Shown here piece after piece: positions 14,383 to 28,400 of a stretch of 64,000 bases of DNA. This stretch comes from Piromyces finnis finn (lineage: Eukaryota; Fungi; Neocallimastigomycota): positions 248,001 to 312,000 of the forward strand of contig MCFH01000019.1 of NCBI GenBank assembly GCA_002104945.1, read 5' to 3'. A program made the position numbers and the translations under genes. Each line of letters starts with the position of its first letter. Within the stretch, counting starts at the first letter, position 1. The notes under the pieces are model-generated. The model was not told the origin of the DNA, did no database searches, and saw nothing but the letters and a program-made list of their open reading frames with translations.

Positions 14383-16026
14383 TTTTATTACTGTTGTTGT
14401 TATTTTTTTTTGAGAAAAAGTAAAAGAAAGAAAAAAAAAAAAACTTTTTTTAAATATTAAAAATTCTTTTTATTATATTACATACAATATCTAATGCATT
14501 TAATATTTATATATTTTAATAAAAAAAATAAAATATATATTTAAAAAGAAAAAAAGAGTAAACTTTTTATTATTTAAAGGGAAAAGACAGAAATCTCAAA
14601 TTGGAAATGCCCTTTTTTTTTTTTTCTTTTTTATTATTATAAAAAATATATTTTATTATAAAAAATATAAATTTTTATAATAAAATTCACACCAACCAAA
14701 TTTAAATGTCAAATAAAATTATTTTAATTTAATTAAATGTAACATACCTCAAAAAATCATTTTAAAGTATCTTCGATGTTAACTTTAAAAAAAGGAATAT
14801 TGAAATAAAAGCATTAAAAAAAAAAGTATTAAAAAATACTATATTGATTAATATTTAATAAAAAATATATTTAATAAAAAAAAAACTTTATAAAAAAAAA
14901 AAAAAGATACATATATAATTAATGAAAAGTTATATATCATAATAATAAAATTTGATATATTAAATCTCTCAAAGAGACAATAGTATGATTGATGGCTTGT
15001 CCTACTACTTCATTGATATTATTTTATTATTAAATGTAAATGGAATAAAATAAAATGAAACAACATCAATTAATATAGAGTAGAATCTTTTAAACTCTTT
15101 CTATAAGGTTTAATGATTTCATTTGTTGAGTTATATTAATATTGAATCCTACACACGGAATCATTTAAATTGTTCCTTTGCTATATTAGTTCGATGTTGA
15201 CAGCAGAGATACTTACAAGAGAAGATATCCTTTGAATCTCTTGTAAGAACATATGGATTAATAAATAAGTTTTGTTTGTATATAAAGTTATTTAAACTTT
15301 TTATATCTTACTAAACCTATATAATGATAAGGGATGTATTTTAGAAAAAAAAAAAAAACCTCTATGGAATAACATGATATTGTAAAGCTGAATCTATTTC
15401 TTCAAAAATAGTAAAAGAATACTAAAATCATCACCTTATTTACCTTTTTTATATATTTAATATTATTATTTTTGTTTATCCTTTATTTTATTTATTTATT
15501 TTTCTTTATAAAATAAAGCTGAAATTAAAATATTAAAAAGATCACTAATTGAATGACTTTCTATTTTTTAATTTTAAAAACTGAATTTAGTAAAAAATAG
15601 AATTTTCAAAGTACAAAATTATTTAAAAATATAAAATTATTTTTATTATAAAGTACAAATATAAAATATATATATATATTTAGAATATATATATAAAAAA
15701 AGGGAGAGTTTATATAAAGATATATTAAATAAAGAAAAAAGTATAGAGACTAGTATAATATATACTACAAAATAATTTTTATTATTTTAAATATTATTAT
15801 TATAAGTAAGTACTAAAATGGTTCTATTAATTATGTTTTTTTTAGTATTTATAATTTTTAATAAAAAGAAAAAAGATATATAATTTTTAGTTTTTTAATT
15901 ATTAAAAAAAAAAAAAAAAAGAATGATTCTATCAATATTGTTTTCTATCAAAATATAAATTTTATAATAAAAAAAAAAAAAAGGATTTTCTAATAATTTA
16001 TATTATATGTTAGAATTTTAATTAAT

Positions 16027-17261
16027 TTAGAGCTTAATTTCTTGAGGTAGTTCTCCTCTAGCCTTTAATTCCTTTATTGCTGATTCAAGTTCCTTCTTAT
16101 TCTTTACTTTTATATCCGCTACAATATCTTCCCAAGTTGTCTAAAAAATCATATTTATAAATTAAAAAATAATAATTACTAATATTGTTATATACATAAT
16201 AGATTTAAAAATATATATGTATATATTATTGATAAAGTAGCATTGATTCATTTCATATAATGAATACCTTAATATCTCTCTTAAATCTAGCAGCAATATG
16301 GAAGACCTTTAATCTGTCAGATTGGGTTTTAAGTTGTTCCTATTATTGTAAAAAAAAAAAATCGTTAAAATATTAGTATTTTTCTTTCTTATTAAAAAAA
16401 ATAATAATAATAATATATATTTACCCTAAACTTCTTCTCTACAAAATTTAAACAATCATTTAAATCACCTGGACCATCATAATCTTTAAATGCTTCACAT
16501 ACGGTAATACTTTCATTTCTAATCTTTGATTCAAAAAGATCCTTCTTATTGAATAAAAGATATATTGGAGTTGATAGGAAAGCTTGATTGTTTGCAATTT
16601 GACTGAAAAGAGTTAAACATTCCATCATACGATTTTGTGTTTGATCTTCGAATAATACAGTATTATAACCAGATAAATTTGCAATAAAAATAATAGCATT
16701 TACATCATCGAAACAGTGAATCCATTTACGTCTAAAAATTAAAAATATTTATTTTATTATTAAGAAAAATAAAATAATAATTTAATATTATATGTATAAA
16801 TTTTTTTTTTTTTTAAATTATCAATTATATTTATAAATATATTAACCTTTCATTTCTTTGACCACCAACATCAACAACACTATAAGAATATTAAAAAAAA
16901 TATTATTATTATTAAAATAATTACTTTTAAATAAATATCTTTTTTTTTTAAGAATATTATTACTTACGTAAATTGAAGTGGTTTAATATTTAATTCAGTC
17001 TTAATAATACCAGTAGTCATAATACGAGCCATAACGAAATCCTATTTTTAATATTTCAATAAATATTAATAAATATATTTATCAATTTTAAAATAATATT
17101 TTTTTTTTTTTAAAAAAAACTTACTTCTTCTGTTGGTTCAAAATCATCTTGAATAAATCTTTCTACATTTTCGAAATAACTATTAAAATATTTAATTAGT
17201 TAATATATTAATTATTATATTATTAAATTTATTAATATAAATATAATTTTATTAATAAAAG

Positions 17262-17292
<31 letters not shown>

Positions 17293-18358
17293 ATAAAAAT
17301 AATTTTATAAAGATGAAAAATGATATATGCTTAATAACTATTTTTTTTAATAACAATAATAAAAATTTAAATATTTACTAATCAGCAGCATCCAATATCC
17401 AAAATTCTGATCTCTTTTCCCAAACTTCTTTTATAGCTGATTCATTTTTCCATAAATAATTAATAGCATCTGCAACATCTAATGTAAAGCTTTCATCTGA
17501 TTCTTCATCATCAAGTTTTTGTAATAAAGCAGCTTTATCCTAATTTATACGAAAAATAAAAAATTTCTATATTAATACTAATAAATTCAAAATAATATTT
17601 AATATTTTAAAGTTCGTTTCTATTATTGTTCTTTTCTTTCTAATTAATATTATTGTTATTTTTTTTTCTCCGTCATTTTATAATTTTTTAAAAAGTACCT
17701 TTGATTCATCACTAGTAAATTCAAGTTCATATGCTTGAACTTGTTCTATCAAAATATTCATACATTGAAGTGCATTTCTTCTTAAACTTTGAATATAATC
17801 TTGAATTTCAGATTGAGTCATTTCAATTTTATGTATCATCTTAAGTTGTTTTAATACTGTACTCTTTCCTGATTCACCAGAACCTTTATTTATTTTATAT
17901 ATCATTTTATTTAAGGGAAAAAATAGTTATTATAAAAACATTTTTTAATTTGTTTATATAAATATTTTAATTTTCATTTTATATGAGATTACAATTTTTT
18001 TTTTAAATGATTAGTATAAGGAACAATACTATTTAAATTATCTATACTATTTAAATTATTAAAAAAAAATGAATATTTACCTAATAAAAGAATTTTCATT
18101 TTTAATTTATCTTTAATACCTTCAAGTTCTAACTTTTTATCTTTATAAATTATAAAATATTAATAATAATAATTATAATAATAATATATTAATATTATTA
18201 ATTTTTTTTTTTTCGTTGTTGTTAACATATTATAATATAAAAATAAAATTACCGATTTCATTTTCTACTTTATTCTTTTTTGATAAATGTATACCACTGC
18301 AACTGCATTTAAAGCAGTTTCCACAAGAGAAACGTTTAATATTTGGAATACACTTCAT
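16027..18358 (-). CDS. Heterotrimeric G-protein alpha subunit (atypical termini and G5 motif)
   Basis: Spliced exons give KILLLGSGESGKSTVLKQLKM (P-loop), ARIMTTGII (switch I), [21 protein letters not shown] (switch II) and LLFNKKDLF (G4). ATG at 18358, TAA at 16027-16029. Confidence 0.93.
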
Positions 18359-21300
18359 TTTATTTATTTTTTAATATTATCTGATATATTCTTTATTTTT
18401 TATTTTTTTTTTTTTTTTGAAGGAAAAGTGATGATGATTAAAAAATAATTAAATAAATGGTATCGGTAAATTTACTGTTATCAAAATTAATTTTGGTATA
18501 TATAATTTTTTTTTATAAAATGTAAAATGTTAAAAATTTGAAATAAATATAATATGATTATATTCAAAAAAAAATTAATTCATCAACGATTATAAAGTTT
18601 TTCGATAATTACTTTTTTTTTTTATCTATTCAAAAATAATAAATGGTTTTTTTATATAAATATATATTTTTGATTTATTAAGAAAAAAAAACACTTTTTA
18701 TTGAATTAGATATTTGATAATATTATAAATTTGTGATGGTTATAATTGATTGAATATATTCATGACTTTTAATTATAAAATATTTAGTTTTTTAAAAAGT
18801 TCCCGAATAAATTTTTTTAAAAAAGGTTTTTTTTTTTTTTTGTTATTTATTTAATGTTTTTTAATTTTTCGATTTTTATTGACATGATAATAATAAAAAA
18901 TATGGAAAATGATAAAGAATAAAGAAAAAGAAGAAAATACAATAAGAAGAATTAGTATATATAATATATATTTAATATATATATATATATATATATAAAA
19001 AGAATGATAATAGTTTAAGTTTTATATTGTTAAATTCTTTTATATTTTATTTTTTTTTTTTTATTAATAATATAAATCTAGTCTTGTTTTATATGTGTAT
19101 TTTTAATAAATCTTTTAATATTCAATGTGTTATGTTTCTGAATAGATTTTTTATTATTATTATTATTATTATTATTTATTAAAAAAAAATAAACAATATT
19201 TCTCTCTTCAAATATAATGATGAACAATAAATTGCCGAATTATTTTAAAAACGCTTTCTATTTTAATTTTATTTTACTGATTAGAGATTTTTTTTTTATT
19301 ATTATTCTATATAATTATTAAAATAAATAATTTTATTATTTCGATTGTAAATATTGATAAATATTAATTCAAAGTATCATTCATTCCATCTCCATACATC
19401 ATATGCATAATAAATTGAACTTCATTAATATAATAAATAGAAGCATTTACTTTTTTTTTATATTATTATTTTTGGTTAATTTTATAAATAATATTTTAAA
19501 TGAAAAATATTATTTTATAAATTAATTTTTTTAAAAAAAAAATAATATAGTTGAAAAAAAAATAGATTATTAAAAAAAAATGTTAAAGTTCTTTTTTCTT
19601 TCTTTTTTCTTTTTTTAATAATATATTTTTTCTTATATAACGAATATTAAAAATATTATATTCAATTACTAAAATATATTTTTAAAAAATCATATAATTA
19701 ATAATAAAAAAAATATATATATAAATATTTATTATCCATTTATTATGAATTATAAAATAATACATAATTTTAGAATTACTACCTACTATAAATAACATGT
19801 AATTCATTATATAAGAACCATTAAACTTTAAAATTAGAAATAAAAATATATGATTTAAAAATAATGCTTATTATTAACATTATTTACCAAATTATAAATT
19901 ATAATAAAATACTTTTGATGTATTACATACATAAATAAAACATTATTGAATATTGATCATACTATTTTATAGGAATCGAAATTACTAATGAATTTAATCC
20001 TTCTATAAAGTTTAATTCATATTGAAATTTACAATTTCTCTTTATATAAATAAATATATAATGGAAAACATTTACAAAAATAAAAATAAAAATATTCATT
20101 TTATGATACTTTAAATACTATAATTATAAATTACACTTTTATTACCCTTTATCATTAAATAAAATTAAGTTTTTTTTTTTAGGAAACTTTAATTATTATT
20201 TTAAATTCTTTTTTATTAAACTTTTATTAACATTTACAATTCATTATAATAATAATAATTATTATTGTAAAAAAAAAAAAATGCTAAAAAACTTTTTTTT
20301 ATTTTTAAAAATCAACAGGTATATTACTATATATGGCATAGATATATTAACTCTTCTAATTATGTTTTCTTAATAAAAGTACTTTTTAAAAGTATAGTTT
20401 TATAATTAGAGCATTTAATTGGAATTAGTTTTATAATGATGGGAATTATTAACTTTAAAAAATACAAAGTTTAATATTATGATTTACTTTTTTTCATAAT
20501 ATTTTCAATTATTTTCTTTTTTTTAATGAACTTGATAATGCAATATTCTAAAAAGATGAGATTTTTTTTAATAAATAAAATACAATGATGTTATTAATTA
20601 AGAATAAAATGAAAATATATAATGATAATAATAATAATATTTTAATTATAAATAATAAAATTACTATTAAAAAAAAAAGAAAGGTAAGGAAAAACAAATA
20701 TAAAACTTTTTTTTTTTATTTTCCATTCATGAAAATATTCAAAATTACCAATTATGAATAAAGTTAACCCTAAATGTTATTAAGATTAAAAGTATAAAAA
20801 AAAAAAATAAAGAAAAAAAAAAAAACATAGATTTATAATGATTTATAATTTTTATCGATCATAATACCTTGATTATAAATATTAAACAATTAAAACTAAA
20901 TCTACCCAATTAATATTATCATTCCTATTCTTTTTTTTAAGTGTAACTTTTTATTTGTAATTTAACCACAGCAAAATTAATATAATTTGTTGACGTTTTT
21001 TTTTTTTTTTTTTAAAAGAAATAATAGATTCAAAAAAAATAATTTTATTTATAGAAACAGTTGTTCAAATAATAAAGTTTTTTTTTTTTTTTTCAATAAA
21101 TATTTTTATTTTTTTTTTCTTTCCTTTTTCATTTCTTTTTATTGTTAAGAAAGAATTTTTATTCTTATTAAAATGTAATTTCCTTTTATTAAATAAAAAT
21201 ATTATTAAAATATAATTAAATAGTTTATCATTTTTAATTCTAATGATATTAAAATTATGTATACTATATATTTAGTATTTATGAAAAAGTTCAATAGTAC

Positions 21301-21404
21301 ACAAAGTTTTAATATTTTATTATTATTAAATTATAATAAAAAAGTAAAGACCACAAAGTTTTAATATTTTATTAGTATTAAATTATAATAAAAAAGTAAA
21401 GACC
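21301..21404. repeat. 52 bp direct tandem duplication (2 copies, 1 mismatch)
   Basis: acaaagttttaatattttatt(a/-)...aaagtaaagacc occurs at 21301-21352 and 21353-21404; the copies differ at one base (tattatt vs tagtatt). Confidence 0.9.
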
Positions 21405-22136
21405 ATGATTTATAAACTTTTTTAATTTTATGAAAATTCATATTTCATATTAAAACAATTAATACATATTTATAATTTTCTTTCTTTCTTTTTTTTTATT
21501 TCTTTAATTTTATGGCTATAATAAAAAGATGAAAAAGATGAAAATATAATATATATATATTTTATCTACATTTCTTTATATATATTTAAAATAAAAGAGT
21601 GATTTTATTTAATGGATAAAACTCATTTCATTTTGTAATTTCTACGGTCAATCTTATTATTAAAAAAGAGTTTTTAAATTCATTCATTCATTTTATTATA
21701 CTAACAAAAAAAATAAAATGAGAAAAGAATATAAAATATATCAATAAATATATTGATTCCACTTTTATTTTTTTTTTAACTTTTTTTTTTCTAACTCTAT
21801 TTCCTTTTAATTATTTCAATTTTCCTTTTTACCAAAGTCTTTTCTTTCACTTTTTTAAAAATTGAAATTTAAAATAAAGCATGATTAACCAATCATATTT
21901 CAGAATATATTTACTTTTTAAATTGTTGAATGATTTATTTTTTTATATAACAAATAGAGAAAAAAAAAAACTAAAAATTTTATAAATAAAATAATCATTA
22001 ACACATTATTTTTTTAAAAATTTATATATTTATTCAAAAGAAAGAATAAAAAGTGTATTAAAAAAGAGGAAATTATCAATATAATAATAAAATTTAAAGA
22101 TATTTATTAAATTTATAGAGAAAAATAACATAAATA

Positions 22137-23454
22137 ATGAATTTAATATCACCTTCAGAAAAGGATTTCATTACTAAGGGAATTGAATCAGATCTTAGAA
22201 ATGATGGACGTACACGTATAGCTTACAGAGATTTTATTATTGAAACAGGAATTGTATCACAAGCAAGTGGTTCATGTCGTTTAAGATTAAGCAAAACTGA
22301 TGTTTTAATTGGTGTTAAGGTTGAAATTGGAGATATTGTTTCAAATACAACATCCGACAACAATAATGAACAAGAACAAGATATAGTAAATAGTCAAAGT
22401 GAAAATGATAAAGGAAGAATTGTTTGTTCAGTTGAATGGTAAATACCTATTTTTAATACCTCATCTTATTAATTTCTATAAAAGTTTAAATTTTGAATTT
22501 TACGTCTATTTATATAAAATTACAAAAATTTAAAAAAAAAATAAATTTCATAATTTTTAATAATATTAATCCTTTTTTTTTTATTGTATATATATTTTAA
22601 TATTAAATTTATATAATTTTATTTATAAAATAATAACAAAAAAAAAATAGTTCACCTAGCGCTTCAAGAGATTTTGAAGGAAGAGGTGCAAACGATATAA
22701 ATAATGAATTATCTCAAATTATGAATCGTGTATTAAATGGACCACAAGGTGGTATTGATTTAAAGAGTTTATGTATTATACCAGGAGCTCAATGTTGGGT
22801 TATATACGTTGATGTTTTAGTTTTAGATTATGATGGTAATTTATTAGATACAATTTTTTTAGCTACAAGAGCAGCACTTCAAAACACAAGAATTCCAAAA
22901 GTAGAAATTCAAGATATTGGTAATGGTCAATTAGAATTTGAAATTTCAGATGATATTGAAGATGCCGAAAAAATTAAGGGTTGGGAAGATGTTCCTGTAA
23001 CCGTAACGTTAAATAAGGTATATATTTTACATACGGTTATAAAAAAATAAATTATAAAAAAAAAAAAAAAAAAAATTAAAAATAAAATAATATAAAATAT
23101 ATTTTACAAAAAATTATAAAAAAAAATAAAAACAAATCATTTCAATATTAAAATGTATTATTTGATATTAATTAAAGATATTAACACTTTTTAATATAAA
23201 ATATGTTATAAAAGATTGGTCAAAAGTATATTATTGATGCTACAGCTATGGAAGAGTTATGTACAGATACCAAAATTATTATAGCTGTTAATAAGAGTGG
23301 TGAAATATGTGCAATGCAAAAAAGTTTATATGGAAGTTTAAATCCAAGTTTATTAACAGAAATGATACGTGTAAGTTTTTTTTTTTTTTTAAAAAAAAAA
23401 TATGTAAAAGTTTTATCTTTTAAATAACGATTAAAATATATAAATTTTATTTAA

Positions 23455-23488
<34 letters not shown>

Positions 23489-23647
23489 TTTATTCCTAAT
23501 AATCATTAATTATAATGTATATGTATATATATGAAGACCGCAAAAGATATAGGAAAAGTTTTAATAAAAAATATAGATACAACTCTTGAACATGAACAAG
23601 TTATGGCATCAAGAGCTAATAATAAGAAGTTTGGATTTTTCATATAA
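22137..23647 (+). CDS. RRP42: Exosome core subunit Rrp42/EXOSC7 (RNase PH fold), 4 exons
   Basis: MNLISPSEKDFITKGIESDLRNDGR...SQASGSCRLRL; CWVIYVDVLVLDYDGNLLD, AALQNTRIP, VPVTVTLNKIGQKYIIDATAMEE. Last exon ends GFFI-stop at 23647. Confidence 0.92.
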
Positions 23648-23696
23648 GTAATGAATAAGATTTATCATTATTCAATTCATTAATTTTATATGAAAA

Positions 23697-23728
<32 letters not shown>

Positions 23729-25446
23729 TTATATATATATATATCCTCAATGATTTTTATAATACTATAACACTATATATAATACAATACAATAGGCATA
23801 TTACTCTATTTTTTTTTTTTTTTATTTTTAATAATTATTTATAGAATTAAAATAATACAATAAAATTTTCTGCACTTTAAAAATAAAAAGTTTAATTTTT
23901 TTTTTTTCAATTGTTATTTACTTTATTGAAAGATTGAAAGAGTAAAACTTTCTTTTTATATTTATTTTATTATTAAATTTATATATCTCGTGTGTAATAC
24001 TTTTTTAAAAAGTGAAAAATAATTATTAGTAACACCCCCACCAACAAGAATGGATAATAAGAATAATACGATAAACTATCTTATTCCATTACAATATATA
24101 ATTAAAAGTAAATAATGAATACTCTTTTAAAAAAAAAATTGACAATTGTAAATTATTTAAAATTGTATAACTTTTTTCTGTCTTTTACTTTCTAAATACC
24201 ATGTCATTTGATATAATTTATAATGTTTTTGATAAAATATAACTATTTAAAATAATTAAAATATGAGAAATTGAGCCTTTTTTTATATATATATAAATTA
24301 TTAGTAACATTTTAGTAAAAAAAGAAGAAAAAAAAGATATAGATGTTAAAATAATAATACAGTTTTTAATTTTCAATCAATGGGTAAACATCATCATCAA
24401 TTTTCTTTTTAAATATAGTTCAATAAAAAAAAATTTAAAAATTTAAGCCTTTGCCTACCTTTTCTAAATTTAAATGGAATTGCCTGAGTAAGAAATAATT
24501 AAAAAAATTTTTTTTTTTTTGTTTTATCCTCATTAGTTGAAAACCTTTCTAATCCAAGAGTTTATGAAAAAAATTTTTTATTGTCTAGCCGGCCGAAAAT
24601 AAAGAAATATTCAATTTTTTTTTTTTTGAAATAATAATATATTTACGATACAATTTTATAAACATCGGTAAATCTCATCGTATTCCTTTTATTAACATAC
24701 TTTTTTACACCATCCTAGACTTTATTTTTATTTTTTTTTTTGGATTTTTTTTTTTTTTAAAAAAAAAAAGGATGAAACCTTGTTTATTTCTTGTAAAGTA
24801 AGATTTTGTTTCTTGAATGGCATAAAAATATTTAAAAAAAAAAAAAGTTTTACAAAGAACCATTCTTTGTCAAAGGATACACAACGAAACAACAATAATA
24901 ATAAAAAAGGAAAGGAAAAAAAAAAACATTTTTTATTTTTTATTTTTTATTTTTATTTTATCTATAAAATGAATATAATTTTTTTTTATACTTTTTTTTA
25001 TATATTTTTTTTTTTTTTATAATTCAATAAAAAATGTTCGTTCTTCAAACATATTTCACTGAAAATAAAAAAAAAAAAAAAAAAAAACTTTTCATTTTTT
25101 TTTTTTTTTTTATATTTTTTTTCTTTTATTTATTTTTTTTTTTTTTCTAAATTTGATGTAAAAGTAAATATAAAAATAATAAAAAAAAAAAAAAGTTTTT
25201 TTTTTTTCGGTTTTTGGTAAAACTTATTTAATATTATGTCAATTAATATATATATATAAAAACATGCTAGTCAATATTATTAACAGTAATTATTATTATT
25301 ATTATTATTGAAAAGATATATTTAACAAAGAAAAAAAAAATTTTTTTTTTTTTAAATGTTTTTGATAGTTTATAATTTATTCTTTTCTTTTGTATAAAAA
25401 AGAAAAAGAAAACGGGTGATGCTTTGATATAGTTAAATACAAAAAA

Positions 25447-28400
25447 TTATTTGTTAACTTCAACATAGTTTCCTGGGAATAATCCACATTTACCGTTAAC
25501 AACACCTTCCCACCAATCGTCAGTAACAAAATTGAGGTTTGTTATTATATCACCTTCCTTAAAAGTTATTTCATTATCTTCTTGGGCATCGTAATCATAG
25601 AGAGCAATAGCTGATGGGGTATTGTTAGCAACTGGAGCTGGTGCTGGAGCTGGTGTTGAGGCCACTGATGCTGCTGGCATTAATTCAACATAGTTAGATG
25701 GGAATAAACCAATTTCACCTTTACTGTTTTCACCTTGCCACCAACCTTCATCTAATTGAATAATATTCTTAATGATTTCACCTTCAACTAAGGCAATTTC
25801 ATTTTCTTCTTGTGGTTCATAATCATATGAGACTATGGCTGAATCATTGTTATTACTCTGTAATAAAAAAAAGGAAGCATTAATTTAAAATAAGAAATTT
25901 AAAATTAGTATGAATAAATATAAATTTCATTATATATGCAATATTTAAATATTTAAATTAGCTGGAATGTTAATACTTACACCAGAAATAGAAGGTCTAG
26001 TATTATTTTGTTCACGTTCTTTTCTTTCTCTTTCCTCACGTTCTTTTCTTTCTCTTTCTTCACGTTCCTTTCTTTCTCTTTCCTCACGTTCTTTTCTTTC
26101 TCTTTCTTCACGTTCCTTTCTTTCTCTTTCTTCTTGTTCTTTCTTTTCCTTACCAGAATCTAATACTCTTTGAGGTAATGGTGGTGGAGCTAATGGGTTT
26201 TCTCTAGCTGGTAATGGTGGTGGTGCTAATGGATTTTCTCTTTGTGGTAAAGCTGGTGGGGCTAATGGGTTAGCTCTTTGAGGTAAAGCTGTTGGGGCTA
26301 ATGGGTTAGCTCTTTGAGGTAAAGCTGGTGGGGCTAATGGATTTTCTCTTTGAGGTAATGGTGGTGGGGCTAATGGATTTTCTCTTTGTGGTAATGCTGG
26401 TGGAGTATCTCTTTCAGGTAAAGCTGGTGGTGCTAATGGATTAGCTCTAATATTTAATGGATTACTTTTTGGTGGACTTAATGGATTAGCTCTAGTATTT
26501 AAAGGATTACTTTTTGGTGGACTTAATGGATTAGCTCTAGTATTTAATGGGTTCATTTTATTAGTATTGAATGGATTATTCTCTGAAATAGTTATTGGAG
26601 TGCTGCTGCTATTAGCATTTAATGGATTGGATTTTGGAGCTGAAAAGAGAAGGGAATTATTTAATGGATTAGTTTTTGTAATGGTAACTGGTGTTGATTT
26701 TGGTGAATTTAATGGATTACTTTTTCTAGTTTCTGAAATTTCATCTTGTAATTCACGTTGTTGATTGGCAAGCTTTTCTCTTTCACGTAAAGCATTATCT
26801 TCTTGTTCTCTTCTTAATCTTTCTTCTCTAACCTTTCTTTGTGCTGAATAATTATTGGTACTTTGATTATCAAAGAAGGCTGATTTAAGAGTAATCTTAT
26901 TTATTTTCTTTTCTGGTTTTTGCTATTAAAAAATAAAAAAGAGGCATAAATAAAATTTTAAATAATAGAAAATTAATATCTATTGATTATTATTGTTGAT
27001 TATGTTTCCTTTTTTTTTTTTTTTTTGAAATGACATTATATTTAAATATATATTTTATTTAATATATTTTTTTTTATCTAATAATTTACTAATATATATA
27101 ATTTATAATTATCTATAATAAATATTCTATTAATGATGCCTATTTTTTTATATAAAATTTTCTTCTTTTCTAATTTTATGAAAATTCATTTCTATAATTT
27201 ATAAAAAATTTATTGATATTTACTTCAAACATTTTTCTAACATTTGCAACAGATTCTCTAGCAGTAGTATCAATACTATCGTTTTCCACAGCTGGTTCAG
27301 AGGTTGGTTCAATCTTTACATTATCAAAAACACCAGTACTAACATTAACTCTTGGAACATCAGCTGTCTTATAGAAAGTTGGTTCAGTTGTTGGAGCATT
27401 TTTATTTAATGGATTAGATCTAATTGGCTTTGGAGATAATGGATTAGCTCTGGTTGGTTGTGGTGATAATGGATTAGCTCTAGCTGGTTGTGGTGATAAT
27501 GGATTAGCTCTAGCTGGTTGTGGTGATAATGGATTAGCTCTGGTTGGTTGTGGTGATAATGGATTAGCTCTGGTTGGTTGTGGTGATAATGGATTAGCTC
27601 TGTTTGGTTGTGGTGATAATGGATTAGCTCTGTTTGGTTGTGGTGATAATGGATTAGCTCTGGTTGGTTGTGGTGATATTGGATTAGTAGTAGTAGTAGT
27701 AGTAGAAGCAGCTGGAGTTGGTTTTGAAGCAGTAACTGGAGCTGGACTAGAATAATTTTGTTTTGGAGCTAATGGATTGGCTCTTGGGGCTAATGGGTTA
27801 GCTCTTGGATTTAAAGGATTTGGTCTTGGAACTGGAGCAGCCGATGGTGCCTTAGAAACAGGTGTTGGATCTGGATTAACAGTAGTATTTGGAACTGGTT
27901 TTGATTCTGGCTTCTTAATACCGAGTTTAAAAGTTTGAGTTGGTTCCATATTTTTTAATTGATTTGGAGTTGGAAGTTTTTGTAATTGTGGGTTAGCTGG
28001 TTTATTTGGAAGATTAATCATTGGTTTTTTAAATGGAACTGGTGCAACCTTTGCTGAAAAGTTAATAAATGAAGAATTTTGGACCTTGTTAATAATATTT
28101 TCTGGTTCAACATCTTCGTAACAACGTGCATTAATTTTAACATGATATCCCTAATGACCATAAAATATTTGAGAGTTTATAAAATATTTTATAAATACAA
28201 ATACACAAATATTATAAATATTTGATAAAAAAAAAAAGCATTAATATTTGAATATGTCAAGTATAATTTTAAATAAAATAAATTTATTTTTACTTTGAAA
28301 AAGTTTTCAATAATTTGAGAATGTTGACTGAAATTAGCCTTTTGGAATGGTGGAGCATATTCACCACACTATATTCATGTATTTATTTAGTATATTATTA

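Noticed and set aside
18400-22100. 3.7 kb gene-free interval between the G-alpha and RRP42 genes
   Set aside because: Read on both strands; apart from the 52 bp duplication it shows only AT-rich low-complexity sequence, with no exon-like, tRNA-like or TE-like structure I can support.
27411-27690. Regular 30 bp repeats that look like a CRISPR array
   Set aside because: There are no unique spacers; they are in-frame coding repeats of the Abp1-like gene in a eukaryote.
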